Part shown: piece after piece, positions 1 through 8,488 of the stretch | How the letters are laid out: each line of letters opens with the position of its first letter | Numbering within the stretch: position 1 is the first letter of the stretch | Origin: an uncultured Alphaproteobacteria bacterium | GTDB taxonomy: Bacteria > Pseudomonadota > Alphaproteobacteria > Micavibrionales > UBA2020 | DNA length: 64,000 bases | Direction: 5' to 3' | Assembly: GCA_966211335.1 (NCBI GenBank) | Contig: CBIHNF010000001.1 | Span: 666,773 to 730,772, forward strand | Notes under the pieces: generated by a model | Told to the model about the DNA's origin: nothing | Databases searched by the model: none | What the model saw: the letters and a program-made list of their open reading frames with translations, nothing else | Translations under genes and position numbers: made by a program

Positions 1-2
1 GC

Positions 3-2099
3 TCGCTCTCCCTTAAGCCCGGCAATGACTTCCCGACCGGCTCTCTGACGAGCATTGAAGCAATGAGCGGGAACGACGGTTTCACCTACACCGGCCGCAT
101 GACGCTCGACGCCGCCAACAACATAACCGGCACGCTGACAAAAGAAGTTGTGCATATGGGCGGCCTGACGTTTGAAATGACGGGCAGCCTCAACATCACG
201 ACCGAGACAGGCACCGTCAGCAAGCTTTATATCCATGACGATTCCGGCAACGGGCTGACCCTGACCGGCAATTATTCATTCGCCGCGATCGATGCCGCGC
301 TGGATGGCACGGGCGATGTTGGAAATTTCTTCGAGAATAATAGCTTCCTCTTCACCAGCGACGATACGCTAACCGTCAGCGACGGCGCGCGGGAATGGCA
401 TGGCTATGAAGGCCGCGATAAAATGACCGGCGGCGGACTGGATGATACTTTGTCCGGCGATAACGGCAACGATACGCTCACCGGCCTTCTTGGCAACGAC
501 CATCTCAACGGCGGCGCGGGTGATGATACGATGGATGGCGGTGCGGGTGATGATTCCATGGCTGGCGGCACAGGCAATGACGTCTATCTCGTCGACAGCA
601 GCAATGACGATATCGCCGAAAATTCCGGCGAGGGCAACGATACCGTCAAAAGCACGGCGAGCTTTGACCTGTCGCTGCACGGGCTCAACGTTGAAAGCCT
701 GACCCTGCTCGGCACCGCGCATCTTGACGCGACCGGCAACGACCTCAACAACACGCTCACCGGCAATACAGGCAACAACCATCTCGATGGCGGCATCGGT
801 GCGGACAAGATGATGGGCGGCGCGGGTAATGACGTCTATATCGTCGATAATAGCGGCGATACCCTGACCGATACCTCGGGCACCGATGAAGTGGATTCTT
901 CCATCAGCTGGACGCTGGCCACGGGTTTTGAAAATCTTGTGCTGACGGGCGGCGGCGATATCAATGCAACCGGCAACACGGCCAACAATAGCCTCACCGG
1001 CAATAGCGGCAACAACACGCTCAATGGCGGCACGGGGAATGACACCATGTCCGGCGGTCTTGGCGATGATACCTATGTCGTCAGCGCGGCGGGCGACATC
1101 ATCCATGAAAATTCCGGCGAGGGCCGCGACACGGTGCTGGCGGCCGCGAGTTATCATCTCGGCGATAATCTTGAAGTGCTGCAGCTGACCGGCACCTCCG
1201 CCATCAATGGCTACGGCAACGAGCTCGACAATACCCTCACCGGCAACAGCGGCAATAACACGCTGGACGGTGGCGCGGGCAACGATACGCTGATCGGCGG
1301 TTCGGGCAACGACAGCTATGTCGTGCATGACTTTAACACCACCACCATTATCGAGAACGCCGGCGGCGGCACCGATACGCTGCTGCTCTATTCCGACTAC
1401 AACCTGACCGATGGCAGCAACATCGAGAACATGACGGCGATGGAGGGCGGCCACACCATGGTCGGCAATAGTTTCGTCAATACGATTACCGGCACCTCCG
1501 GCATAGACTTGCTCGACGGCGGCGCAGGAGCGGACAAGCTTTCCGGCCTTGGCGGAAACGATGAATATTTTGCCGACAACGTGAAGGATTTGCTGGTCGA
1601 GGGCGCAAACGGCGGCACGGATCTCGTCCACAGCACCGTCGACTGGACGCTGGGTGCGAATTTTGAAAATCTCTCCATCAGCGGCGTTGCCGTGAAGGGC
1701 ACCGGCAACACCGTCGCCAATGTCATCACCGGCAGTATCGGAGACAACACGCTGAACGGCATGGCGGGGGATGACACGCTGAACGGCAACGGCGGCCACG
1801 ACACGCTGATCGGCGGCACGGGTGCCGATACCTTCCAGCTGCTCCATACCAGCGCCAATGCCTTCGTCACCGTGACGGACTTCAGCCATACCGCGCATGA
1901 CAAGCTGGATATTTCCGACCTGCTCACCGGCGGCTTCGACCCGGCGCATCCCGAAAATTACGTGCAGCTGCAGGTCATTGGTGCCGATACGCATGTCAGC
2001 ATTGATGCGTCAGGCTCGGGCGCTGCCTTCACCGAAGTTGCGGTGCTGCTGCATGCGACGGGGCTGACCCTCGACACTATGCATTTGCAGATTGTGTAA
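3..2099 (+). CDS. RTX-family calcium-binding repeat protein, 5' end cut by window edge (type I secretion substrate)
   Basis: The frame is open from nt 3 with no stop before the listed ATG at 63. It contains many GGxGxD nonapeptide repeats (GGAGDDTMDGGAGDDSMAGGTGND...). The C-terminal DKLDISDLL...VSIDASGSG...VAVLL block is typical of T1SS C-terminal target domains. Confidence 0.85.
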   Translation, partial: SLSLKPGNDFPTGSLTSIEAMSGNDGFTYTGRMTLDAANNITGTLTKEVVHMGGLTFEMTGSLNITTETGTVSKLYIHDDSGNGLTLTGNYSFAAIDAALDGTGDVGNFFENNSFLFTSDDTLTVSDGAREWHGYEGRDKMTGGGLDDTLSGDNGNDTLTGLLGNDHLNGGAGDDTMDGGAGDDSMAGGTGNDVYLVDSSNDDIAENSGEGNDTVKSTASFDLSLHGLNVESLTLLGTAHLDATGNDLNNTLTGNTGNNHLDGGIGADKMMGGAGNDVYIVDNSGDTLTDTSGTDEVDSSISWTLATGFENLVLTGGGDINATGNTANNSLTGNSGNNTLNGGTGNDTMSGGLGDDTYVVSAAGDIIHENSGEGRDTVLAAASYHLGDNLEVLQLTGTSAINGYGNELDNTLTGNSGNNTLDGGAGNDTLIGGSGNDSYVVHDFNTTTIIENAGGGTDTLLLYSDYNLTDGSNIENMTAMEGGHTMVGNSFVNTITGTSGIDLLDGGAGADKLSGLGGNDEYFADNVKDLLVEGANGGTDLVHSTVDWTLGANFENLSISGVAVKGTGNTVANVITGSIGDNTLNGMAGDDTLNGNGGHDTLIGGTGADTFQLLHTSANAFVTVTDFSHTAHDKLDISDLLTGGFDPAHPENYVQLQVIGADTHVSIDASGSGAAFTEVAVLLHATGLTLDTMHLQIV

Positions 2100-2102
2100 A
2101 TT

Positions 2103-3281
2103 TCAAGGCGTCTTGAAGCGGAGGCGGAAGGGCTCGCCCTTTTTCCAGACCAGTTCCGGCGCTTTTTCCTTTAAGGCATCGGCAAATGCCCGGCCCGCGT
2201 CGACGATATTGGCATCCACCTTTTCCAGCGGCACTTCACGCACCGAGTCAGGGCGGAGGCGATGCGCCCTTCCGGCTTCAAAGTTGAAGACGTGTGTGAG
2301 ACTACCCTTGGCGTCTTCCGTCCGCATTTCCACTTGCGTTGCGCCGGCCTTTGCAATGGTGCCGTCGCTCAAGGGCAAATCGCGGAAGCTGCGACTCCAG
2401 CCCATGCCACGCGCGGTTTCAATCGTCTCCCGCGCATCGGTCAGGCGCACATCTACCGCCTGCGCTTCGGCGGCGAATACCTGGTCGACGATGCCGCGGC
2501 GGAACATCCAGCCGAGGAAGGTGTTGCGCTCCTTCGGCGTCAGCTCCAGCGGTTCGGAAAAATTCTTCGCAAAGTCGAAGCTCTGCATATAGGCATCGAC
2601 CATGTCGCGGCCGGACAGGAGCCCGCTGCCGATCATGGAATCCAGATGCGCCTCGTTGCCCGCGGCGCCCGCGACAACAGCGGATTTTTTGAGCACGTTT
2701 TTATAATCCATCAGCACGGCGGGACCTTCCGCATGCATGTCTTTATCGGTCAGCGCGGCAAAGGTGCGGGCGAGCAGCGTGAAAACATCGCTGCCCGATT
2801 TATTGGCGGCGGATTCAAGGCCGCTCATGGTGACCTGCTGCACTTCCGCGCGCGCTTTTTTGCTGTCCGGCGCGCTGCCGTTAGCGGAGCCTTGGATTTT
2901 CTCGGCGTATTTCAGCAGCAGGTAGGCGGCGGTCACGTTGTTATGCTCGGCCGCCTTTGAAATGCCTTCGCTCACTTCGCCCTTGCCGGCGAAGCCGTGC
3001 GATTTTTCGCTTGTCACAATGCCGCCGCTTTTGCGCTGCGGACGGTTGAGCAAATACCACACGCGCCAGTTCTGGTTGGAGGCGATGGCGGAGCCGAGTG
3101 CGGAGCCGATATTGGCGGTCGTGGCGTTGCGCAGCTTTTTCGCCCATTTGCGGTCATCCGCCGTCGGGGCGGGCACGGAAATTTTGCCTTCCATGCCTTC
3201 AATGTTCACGAGCGGCGATGTCTCGGCATCGGCGCTGAGACCGTTGTCCTGCTTGAAGAGCTTGAAAAATCTTTCCAGCAT
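2103..3281 (-). CDS. hypothetical protein (392 aa), no recognisable motif
   Basis: Long ORF convergent with the RTX gene; the overlapping opposite-strand ORFs are shorter. No motif recognised. Confidence 0.55.
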   Translation of the reverse strand: MLERFFKLFKQDNGLSADAETSPLVNIEGMEGKISVPAPTADDRKWAKKLRNATTANIGSALGSAIASNQNWRVWYLLNRPQRKSGGIVTSEKSHGFAGKGEVSEGISKAAEHNNVTAAYLLLKYAEKIQGSANGSAPDSKKARAEVQQVTMSGLESAANKSGSDVFTLLARTFAALTDKDMHAEGPAVLMDYKNVLKKSAVVAGAAGNEAHLDSMIGSGLLSGRDMVDAYMQSFDFAKNFSEPLELTPKERNTFLGWMFRRGIVDQVFAAEAQAVDVRLTDARETIETARGMGWSRSFRDLPLSDGTIAKAGATQVEMRTEDAKGSLTHVFNFEAGRAHRLRPDSVREVPLEKVDANIVDAGRAFADALKEKAPELVWKKGEPFRLRFKTP

Positions 3282-3439
3282 CGTCGCATTCCTCGAGTTG
3301 TGATTGTGGCCTGACTATAGGAGGGGCGATTCACCCTGTCAACGCGGTAATTATGTCAAAAAGATAGCGGATTGCCAAAACCAGCCTGCCAGATTATGAC
3401 TAGAGATATCCAACATCCATCAACAGAATCGAAAGCGTC

Positions 3440-3994
3440 ATGGCGAGAGCCTTAACCTTCAGCGATATCAAACGCGCGATCATCGACGGCCTGACGCCCG
3501 ATCTGCTGGAAAAGAAATACTCCGAGCAACTGACGCCCGATGACCCGAAGGAAACGGGCCATTGTGCCATTGCCTCCGAAGCCTTCTATCATCTGGCGGG
3601 CGGCAAGCAGGCCGGCTTCATGCCCGTCGTCTGCGGCTATGCCGCGAATGATAAAGGCGAGATGAAATTCGGGCATGAGCGCACGGCGGCCGTGCAGCAG
3701 GGCTGGCGCGCCGAAACGCATTGGTGGATCAAGGGCCCGAAAAACGGCCAGCGCGGCAAAGGCCCTATATATGATGTGACGGCGGGCCAATACCCCGCAG
3801 CCTATCCGTATGAGAAAGGCCACAACACCGGCTTCATGCAGCCGCAGCAAAGACCATCGAAGCGCGCGCAAATCATCATTGACCGCGTCACGGAAAAACT
3901 TGGGGTCGAAGCGCTCGCCTTATATAAGGCCGCCAACATCCGCGCTTATTGCACCGCACATAAGCATAATCCACTTCAAAAATTGCTCAAGTAG
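3440..3994 (+). CDS. hypothetical protein (184 aa)
   Basis: Clean ORF that is divergent from 2103..3281. No motif recognised. Confidence 0.5.
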   Translation: MARALTFSDIKRAIIDGLTPDLLEKKYSEQLTPDDPKETGHCAIASEAFYHLAGGKQAGFMPVVCGYAANDKGEMKFGHERTAAVQQGWRAETHWWIKGPKNGQRGKGPIYDVTAGQYPAAYPYEKGHNTGFMQPQQRPSKRAQIIIDRVTEKLGVEALALYKAANIRAYCTAHKHNPLQKLLK

Positions 3995-4081
3995 CCCCTG
4001 TTTGCTTATAAAGCGAACACGTATAGTGATTGCCTGATATTTAATTTTTCAGCGGCACTGCACAGAGTGGGGTTACGCACC

Positions 4082-5857
4082 ATGCCAAGCACCATCCGCC
4101 TTTCGAAATCAAAATCCGCGCAGCCCTTACCGCTGCTTGAAACGCCCGCCCAAGGCGATACGACGCCGCTGTTTGAAAACGGTCGCTGGATCTGGGAAGC
4201 GCATTACCCGCAAGGCATTTCGTGGAAAGCGCCGATTTATAAAAAGCCGCTCTTCCACATCATCGACGCTTCGGCGGAAAAATATCCGAACAACGTGATG
4301 GTGGAATTCGAAGGCAAAAGCTGGACCTATGCCGACATGGCCCATATGGTCAACCGCGTCGCCGAAGGCCTGCAGAAATTCGGCGTCACCAAGGGCACCA
4401 AGGTGGGGCTGTTCCTGCCCAACTCCCCTTATACCTTCATGTTCTTCTTCGGCATTCTGAAAGCCGGCGGCACGGTAGTGAACTACAACCCGCTGTATGT
4501 CGAGCGCGAGCTCAGCGGCCAGATCGAGGATAGCGAAACCGATATCATGGTGACGCTCGATTCAAAACCGCTCATCGACAAGATGGACGCGATGCTGAAA
4601 TCGACGCGCCTAAAAAAACTTATCGTCTGCCCCTTTGCCGAAACGCTGCCGCTGGCGCGTAAAATTCTATACCCCTTCACGCACCGCAAGGAAGCCGTGC
4701 AGGTGAAATGGGACAGCCGGCATATTTCCTTCCTCGACGTCGTCAACAACCACGGCAACCCCATCAACGTGCTGGTGGAGGCGGAAAATGACGTCGCCGT
4801 GCTGCAATATACCGGCGGCACCACCGGCGTGCCGAAGGGCGCCATGCTGACCCATGCAAACCTCTACGCCAACATGATGCAGATCACGACCTGGATCCGC
4901 GACCTGAAGCACGGGCAGGACACCATCATCGGCATTCTGCCGCTGTTTCATGTCTTCGCCATGACCGTCGTCATGAACGTATCCATCTATGCCGGCCTTA
5001 AAATTCTGCTGCATGCGAAGTTTGACGTGAAGGATGTGCTGGAAAGCATCAAGCGCCACCGCCCCACGCTGTTCCCCGCCGTGCCCGCCGTCTTCAACGC
5101 GATTGCCAACGCGCCGGAAACGGCGAATTACGATTTCAGCTGCCTGCGCTTCTGCATCACCGGCGGCGCGCCCATGGCGGCCGATGTGCAACGCCTGTTC
5201 GAGGAAAAAACCGGCTCCCGCGCCCTCGCAGAAGGCTACGGCCTGACCGAAGCGTCCCCCGGCTGCACCTTTAACCCCGCGCTGGGCATTAAAAAGCCCG
5301 GCTCCGTCGGCCAGCCGGTGCCCGGCACCATTGTTGAAATCATCAGCCGCGATGACGGCGAAACCCTGCTGCCTGCCTATGCGCATGGCGAAGTCTGCAT
5401 CCGTGGCCCGCAGGTCATGAAAGGCTATTACAAAAAGCCCGATGCCACGGCGGAAGTCATTAAAAACGGCCGGCTGCATACCGGCGATGTCGGCTATTTC
5501 GATGCAGAGGGCTATCTTCACCTCGTCGACCGCATCAAGGATCTGATTTTGGTGCGCGGCTATAATGTCTACCCGCGCGTGGTGGAAGAAGCGATTTACC
5601 TGCACCCGTCGGTCGAGGAATGCATCGTCGCCGGCGTGCCGGATGCGGAGCGCGGTGAAACCGTCTGGGCCTGGGTGAAACCTGCCGCGGGCCGCACCAT
5701 TTCGCCCGACGGCCTGAAAGAATTCCTCATCGACAAACTTTCCCCCATCGAAGTGCCGCGCAAAATCATCATTCGCGATACTGGCCTGCCGAAAACGGCG
5801 GTCGGGAAATTGTCACGCAAAGACCTGCTGGCGCAGGAAGGCATCCGGAGAAGCTAG
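4082..5857 (+). CDS. fadD: long-chain-fatty-acid--CoA ligase (AMP-binding enzyme)
   Basis: AMP-binding signature YTGGTTGVPKGAMLTH, GYGLTE and TGD motifs, and the C-terminal PKTAVGKLSRKDL motif. The ORF track starts at GTG 4067; the ATG at 4082 is preferred. Confidence 0.88.
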   Translation: MPSTIRLSKSKSAQPLPLLETPAQGDTTPLFENGRWIWEAHYPQGISWKAPIYKKPLFHIIDASAEKYPNNVMVEFEGKSWTYADMAHMVNRVAEGLQKFGVTKGTKVGLFLPNSPYTFMFFFGILKAGGTVVNYNPLYVERELSGQIEDSETDIMVTLDSKPLIDKMDAMLKSTRLKKLIVCPFAETLPLARKILYPFTHRKEAVQVKWDSRHISFLDVVNNHGNPINVLVEAENDVAVLQYTGGTTGVPKGAMLTHANLYANMMQITTWIRDLKHGQDTIIGILPLFHVFAMTVVMNVSIYAGLKILLHAKFDVKDVLESIKRHRPTLFPAVPAVFNAIANAPETANYDFSCLRFCITGGAPMAADVQRLFEEKTGSRALAEGYGLTEASPGCTFNPALGIKKPGSVGQPVPGTIVEIISRDDGETLLPAYAHGEVCIRGPQVMKGYYKKPDATAEVIKNGRLHTGDVGYFDAEGYLHLVDRIKDLILVRGYNVYPRVVEEAIYLHPSVEECIVAGVPDAERGETVWAWVKPAAGRTISPDGLKEFLIDKLSPIEVPRKIIIRDTGLPKTAVGKLSRKDLLAQEGIRRS

Positions 5858-5858
5858 A

Positions 5859-7538
5859 ATGAGTGCAGTCGCAATGAAAACCACGGCTACCGAATACCCA
5901 TGGCTGAAAAGCTACGCCCCCGGCGTGCCGGCGGAAGTGGCGATCCCCGATGCGCCGCTGTTTTACGTGCTCGACCACAGCGTTGAAAATTTCCCCAACC
6001 GCGTCGCGGTGAATTTTGCGGGCTTCAGCTACGATTATAAAACCATCGGCGCCTTTGTCGCCTCCGCTGCCAAGGGCCTTTCGGATATGGGCATTGCGCG
6101 CGGTGATAAGGTCGGCCTCTTCATGCCGAACAGCGCCTATTCCATCGTCATGTTCTTTGCCATTCTCAAAACCGGCGCGACGGTCGTCAACTTTAACCCC
6201 GCCTATATCGAGCGGGATCTGGCGGCGCAGGCGAATGACAGCGAAACCAAAATGCTCGTCACGCTTGATGTGCCGATGCTGATGGAAAAAGCAAACAGTC
6301 TGCTCGGCAAAACCGGCATCCGGCAAATCATCCTCTGCCCTCTGAAGCAGAATTTGCGCGAAACGGTGCGCGGTGAAACGCCGATAGCGGCGGACAAGGC
6401 CGTCTGGTTCGCGGACCTCGTGCATAACGACGGCGTCTTGCTCGCGCCGCGCATTAACGCTTCGGAAGATATCGCCGTGCTGCAATACACCGGCGGCACC
6501 ACGGGCACGCCCAAGGGCGCCATGCTGACGCACCGCAACCTGCTTGCCAACGCGGTGCAGATGCGCAGCTGGTACCACAGCGCCGACGACGGGCAGGACA
6601 GCATGATCGCCGTGCTGCCGCTGTTCCATGTCTTCGCCATGACGGTTGCCATGAACATGGCGCTGCTGCGCGGCATGACGCTGCATGTGGTCAGCCAGTT
6701 CAGCGTGACGGAATTGCTGGAGCTGATCAAAACGCAAAAGCCCACCTTTATCGCGGCCGTGCCGACGATGTATATCGCGCTCGCCAACTACGACCGCATT
6801 GCGGAATATGATTTTTCCTCGCTCAAATTCTGCCTCTCCGGCGGCGCGCCGCTGCCGGCAGATGTGAAGCGCGCGTTCGAGACGCGCACGAAAGCCAAAT
6901 TGGTCGCGGAAGGCTATGGCCTGACGGAATTTTCTCCCGTCGCCACCTGCAACCCGCTCACCGCCAAGGCGAAGGCGGGTTCCATCGGCCTGCCGGTGCC
7001 GGGCACGATTGTCGATATCGTCAGCCTCGAAGACGGTGTTTCTGTTCTGCCGCCCGGGGAAAAAGGCGAAATCTGCGTTTCCGGCCCGCAGATGATGAAG
7101 GGTTATTACAAGAACCATGCCGAAACTGCCGAGGTGATTAAAAACGGCCGACTGCATACCGGCGATGTCGGTTATATGGACGACGACGGCTTCGTCTATA
7201 TTGTCGACCGCAAGAAAGACCTCGTGCTGGTCGGCGGCTACAACGTCTATCCGCGCCACATCGAAGAAGTCATGTATACGCATCCGGCGGTGGAGGAATG
7301 CATCGTCGCCGGCGTGCCCGACAAATTGCGCGGCGAGGCGGTGCATGCCTGGGTGAAGCTGAAAGCCGGCGAATCGGTGAGCGTTGATACGCTGCGTGCT
7401 TTTCTGGCGGATAAACTCTCCGCCCTCGAGCTGCCGAAAAAAATCATCATCCGCGACGAACCGCTGCCGAAAACGGCGGTCGGGAAACTTTCCAAGCGTG
7501 ACCTGTTGATTCAAGAAGGCTTCCGCAAGCGCGGTTAA
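5859..7538 (+). CDS. long-chain-fatty-acid--CoA ligase, tandem paralog
   Basis: Carries the same motif set (YTGGTTGTPKGAMLTH, GYGLTE, PKTAVGKLSKRDL). It starts 1 nt after the stop of the upstream paralog. Confidence 0.88.
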   Translation: MSAVAMKTTATEYPWLKSYAPGVPAEVAIPDAPLFYVLDHSVENFPNRVAVNFAGFSYDYKTIGAFVASAAKGLSDMGIARGDKVGLFMPNSAYSIVMFFAILKTGATVVNFNPAYIERDLAAQANDSETKMLVTLDVPMLMEKANSLLGKTGIRQIILCPLKQNLRETVRGETPIAADKAVWFADLVHNDGVLLAPRINASEDIAVLQYTGGTTGTPKGAMLTHRNLLANAVQMRSWYHSADDGQDSMIAVLPLFHVFAMTVAMNMALLRGMTLHVVSQFSVTELLELIKTQKPTFIAAVPTMYIALANYDRIAEYDFSSLKFCLSGGAPLPADVKRAFETRTKAKLVAEGYGLTEFSPVATCNPLTAKAKAGSIGLPVPGTIVDIVSLEDGVSVLPPGEKGEICVSGPQMMKGYYKNHAETAEVIKNGRLHTGDVGYMDDDGFVYIVDRKKDLVLVGGYNVYPRHIEEVMYTHPAVEECIVAGVPDKLRGEAVHAWVKLKAGESVSVDTLRAFLADKLSALELPKKIIIRDEPLPKTAVGKLSKRDLLIQEGFRKRG

Positions 7539-7595
7539 GGAACTGTTCGGGGCTGACAGGCGTTAGCGTCGAAACAATTACCGGAGTTTTCTACC

Positions 7596-7769
7596 ATGCA
7601 GAACCAGCAAGTCCTTGTCGGCGTTATTGTCGCCCTCGTCGTCATTATCGGCTTTCTGGTCTATGACCACAGCCGCCGCCCGGAAACGCTTGGCGAAAAA
7701 GTCGGCAATACCATTGACCGCGCGGCCGACCACATGGAACGCGCAGCGGACCGCGCCGAAAATCACTAA
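7596..7769 (+). CDS. small membrane protein (57 aa), not in ORF track
   Basis: ATG preceded by GGAG about 9 nt upstream. Translation is MQNQQVLVGVIVALVVIIGFLVYDHSRR... with one clear TM helix. The opposite-strand 62-aa ORF looks like a shadow. Confidence 0.4.
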   Translation: MQNQQVLVGVIVALVVIIGFLVYDHSRRPETLGEKVGNTIDRAADHMERAADRAENH

Positions 7770-7855
7770 TACCTAAAATATCCAACGCTTTAGCCGCGCC
7801 AATTTGACGGCGCGTCCCGTCGGCCTTATGCTTATGGCATTCCAAAGGGCATGAC

Positions 7856-8089
7856 ATGGCAAAGGCGAAAATCTGGACAGCAGGGGAGCTTGATGCGGTT
7901 TTCGCAAAACATGCGGCCGCGCTGCAGGTTGTCGCCGCAACGCCGGACTGCCAGGGCGTCATGTTCGATATCGACCCCAAAACCAACCAGCCCTGCGCCC
8001 GCGTTGTCATGAAAAAGGGCAGCAAATTTATCAGCGAAATTCCCGCAAGCGCGAACGGACTGCCGTTGAAAGTTGAAACCAATCACTAA
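7856..8089 (+). CDS. hypothetical small protein (77 aa)
   Basis: ORF only; no motif recognised. Confidence 0.35.
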   Translation: MAKAKIWTAGELDAVFAKHAAALQVVAATPDCQGVMFDIDPKTNQPCARVVMKKGSKFISEIPASANGLPLKVETNH

Positions 8090-8092
8090 AAT

Positions 8093-8473
8093 CTAGCCGC
8101 GGCAGTTATTGCCCTTGTGCCCCCAGCGCGCGACGGTGCCGTTGTGCAGCGTGAAGATGGTTTCGCAGGTCAGCGTATGCGCCTGTTCCGGCGGGCCGTA
8201 GCAACCGCCAAAGCCGGCATTATAGCCCCAGCCGAAACCGGAACCGACGCAGGTCGAAAAGCCCGAGTTATAAACGGCGGTATCCGTCTTCACATAGGAA
8301 ATCATCTTGGTGCTGCGGTCGAGCTGGTACTGCTTGTCCGGCGGGCCATAGGCCATGATCAGGTCACGCTCCGGTACGCCGATCCAGCGGTCAAGCTGCG
8401 CTTCGTAATCTTTCGTGGTGGTGCAGGCGCTTAACGTTAGCACCAGCGCGCAAACGGCAAATATTTTGTTCAT
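8093..8473 (-). CDS. putative lipoprotein (126 aa)
   Basis: Signal peptide with lipobox: MNKIFAVCALVLTLSAC. Confidence 0.6.
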   Translation of the reverse strand: MNKIFAVCALVLTLSACTTTKDYEAQLDRWIGVPERDLIMAYGPPDKQYQLDRSTKMISYVKTDTAVYNSGFSTCVGSGFGWGYNAGFGGCYGPPEQAHTLTCETIFTLHNGTVARWGHKGNNCRG

Positions 8474-8488
8474 CGCATGCCTCCGTTA

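Noticed and set aside
369-1994. 541-aa ORF antisense to the RTX gene, plus several smaller overlapping ORFs
   Set aside because: This is a typical high-GC shadow frame. Its translation is Ala/Arg/Gly-rich with no motifs, while the sense strand has unmistakable RTX repeats.
5769-7514. 581-aa ORF antisense to the second acyl-CoA ligase (and 4667..5605 antisense to the first)
   Set aside because: The sense strands carry the full AMP-binding motif sets, and the antisense products are low-complexity Arg/Ala/Gly. They are GC-driven artefacts.
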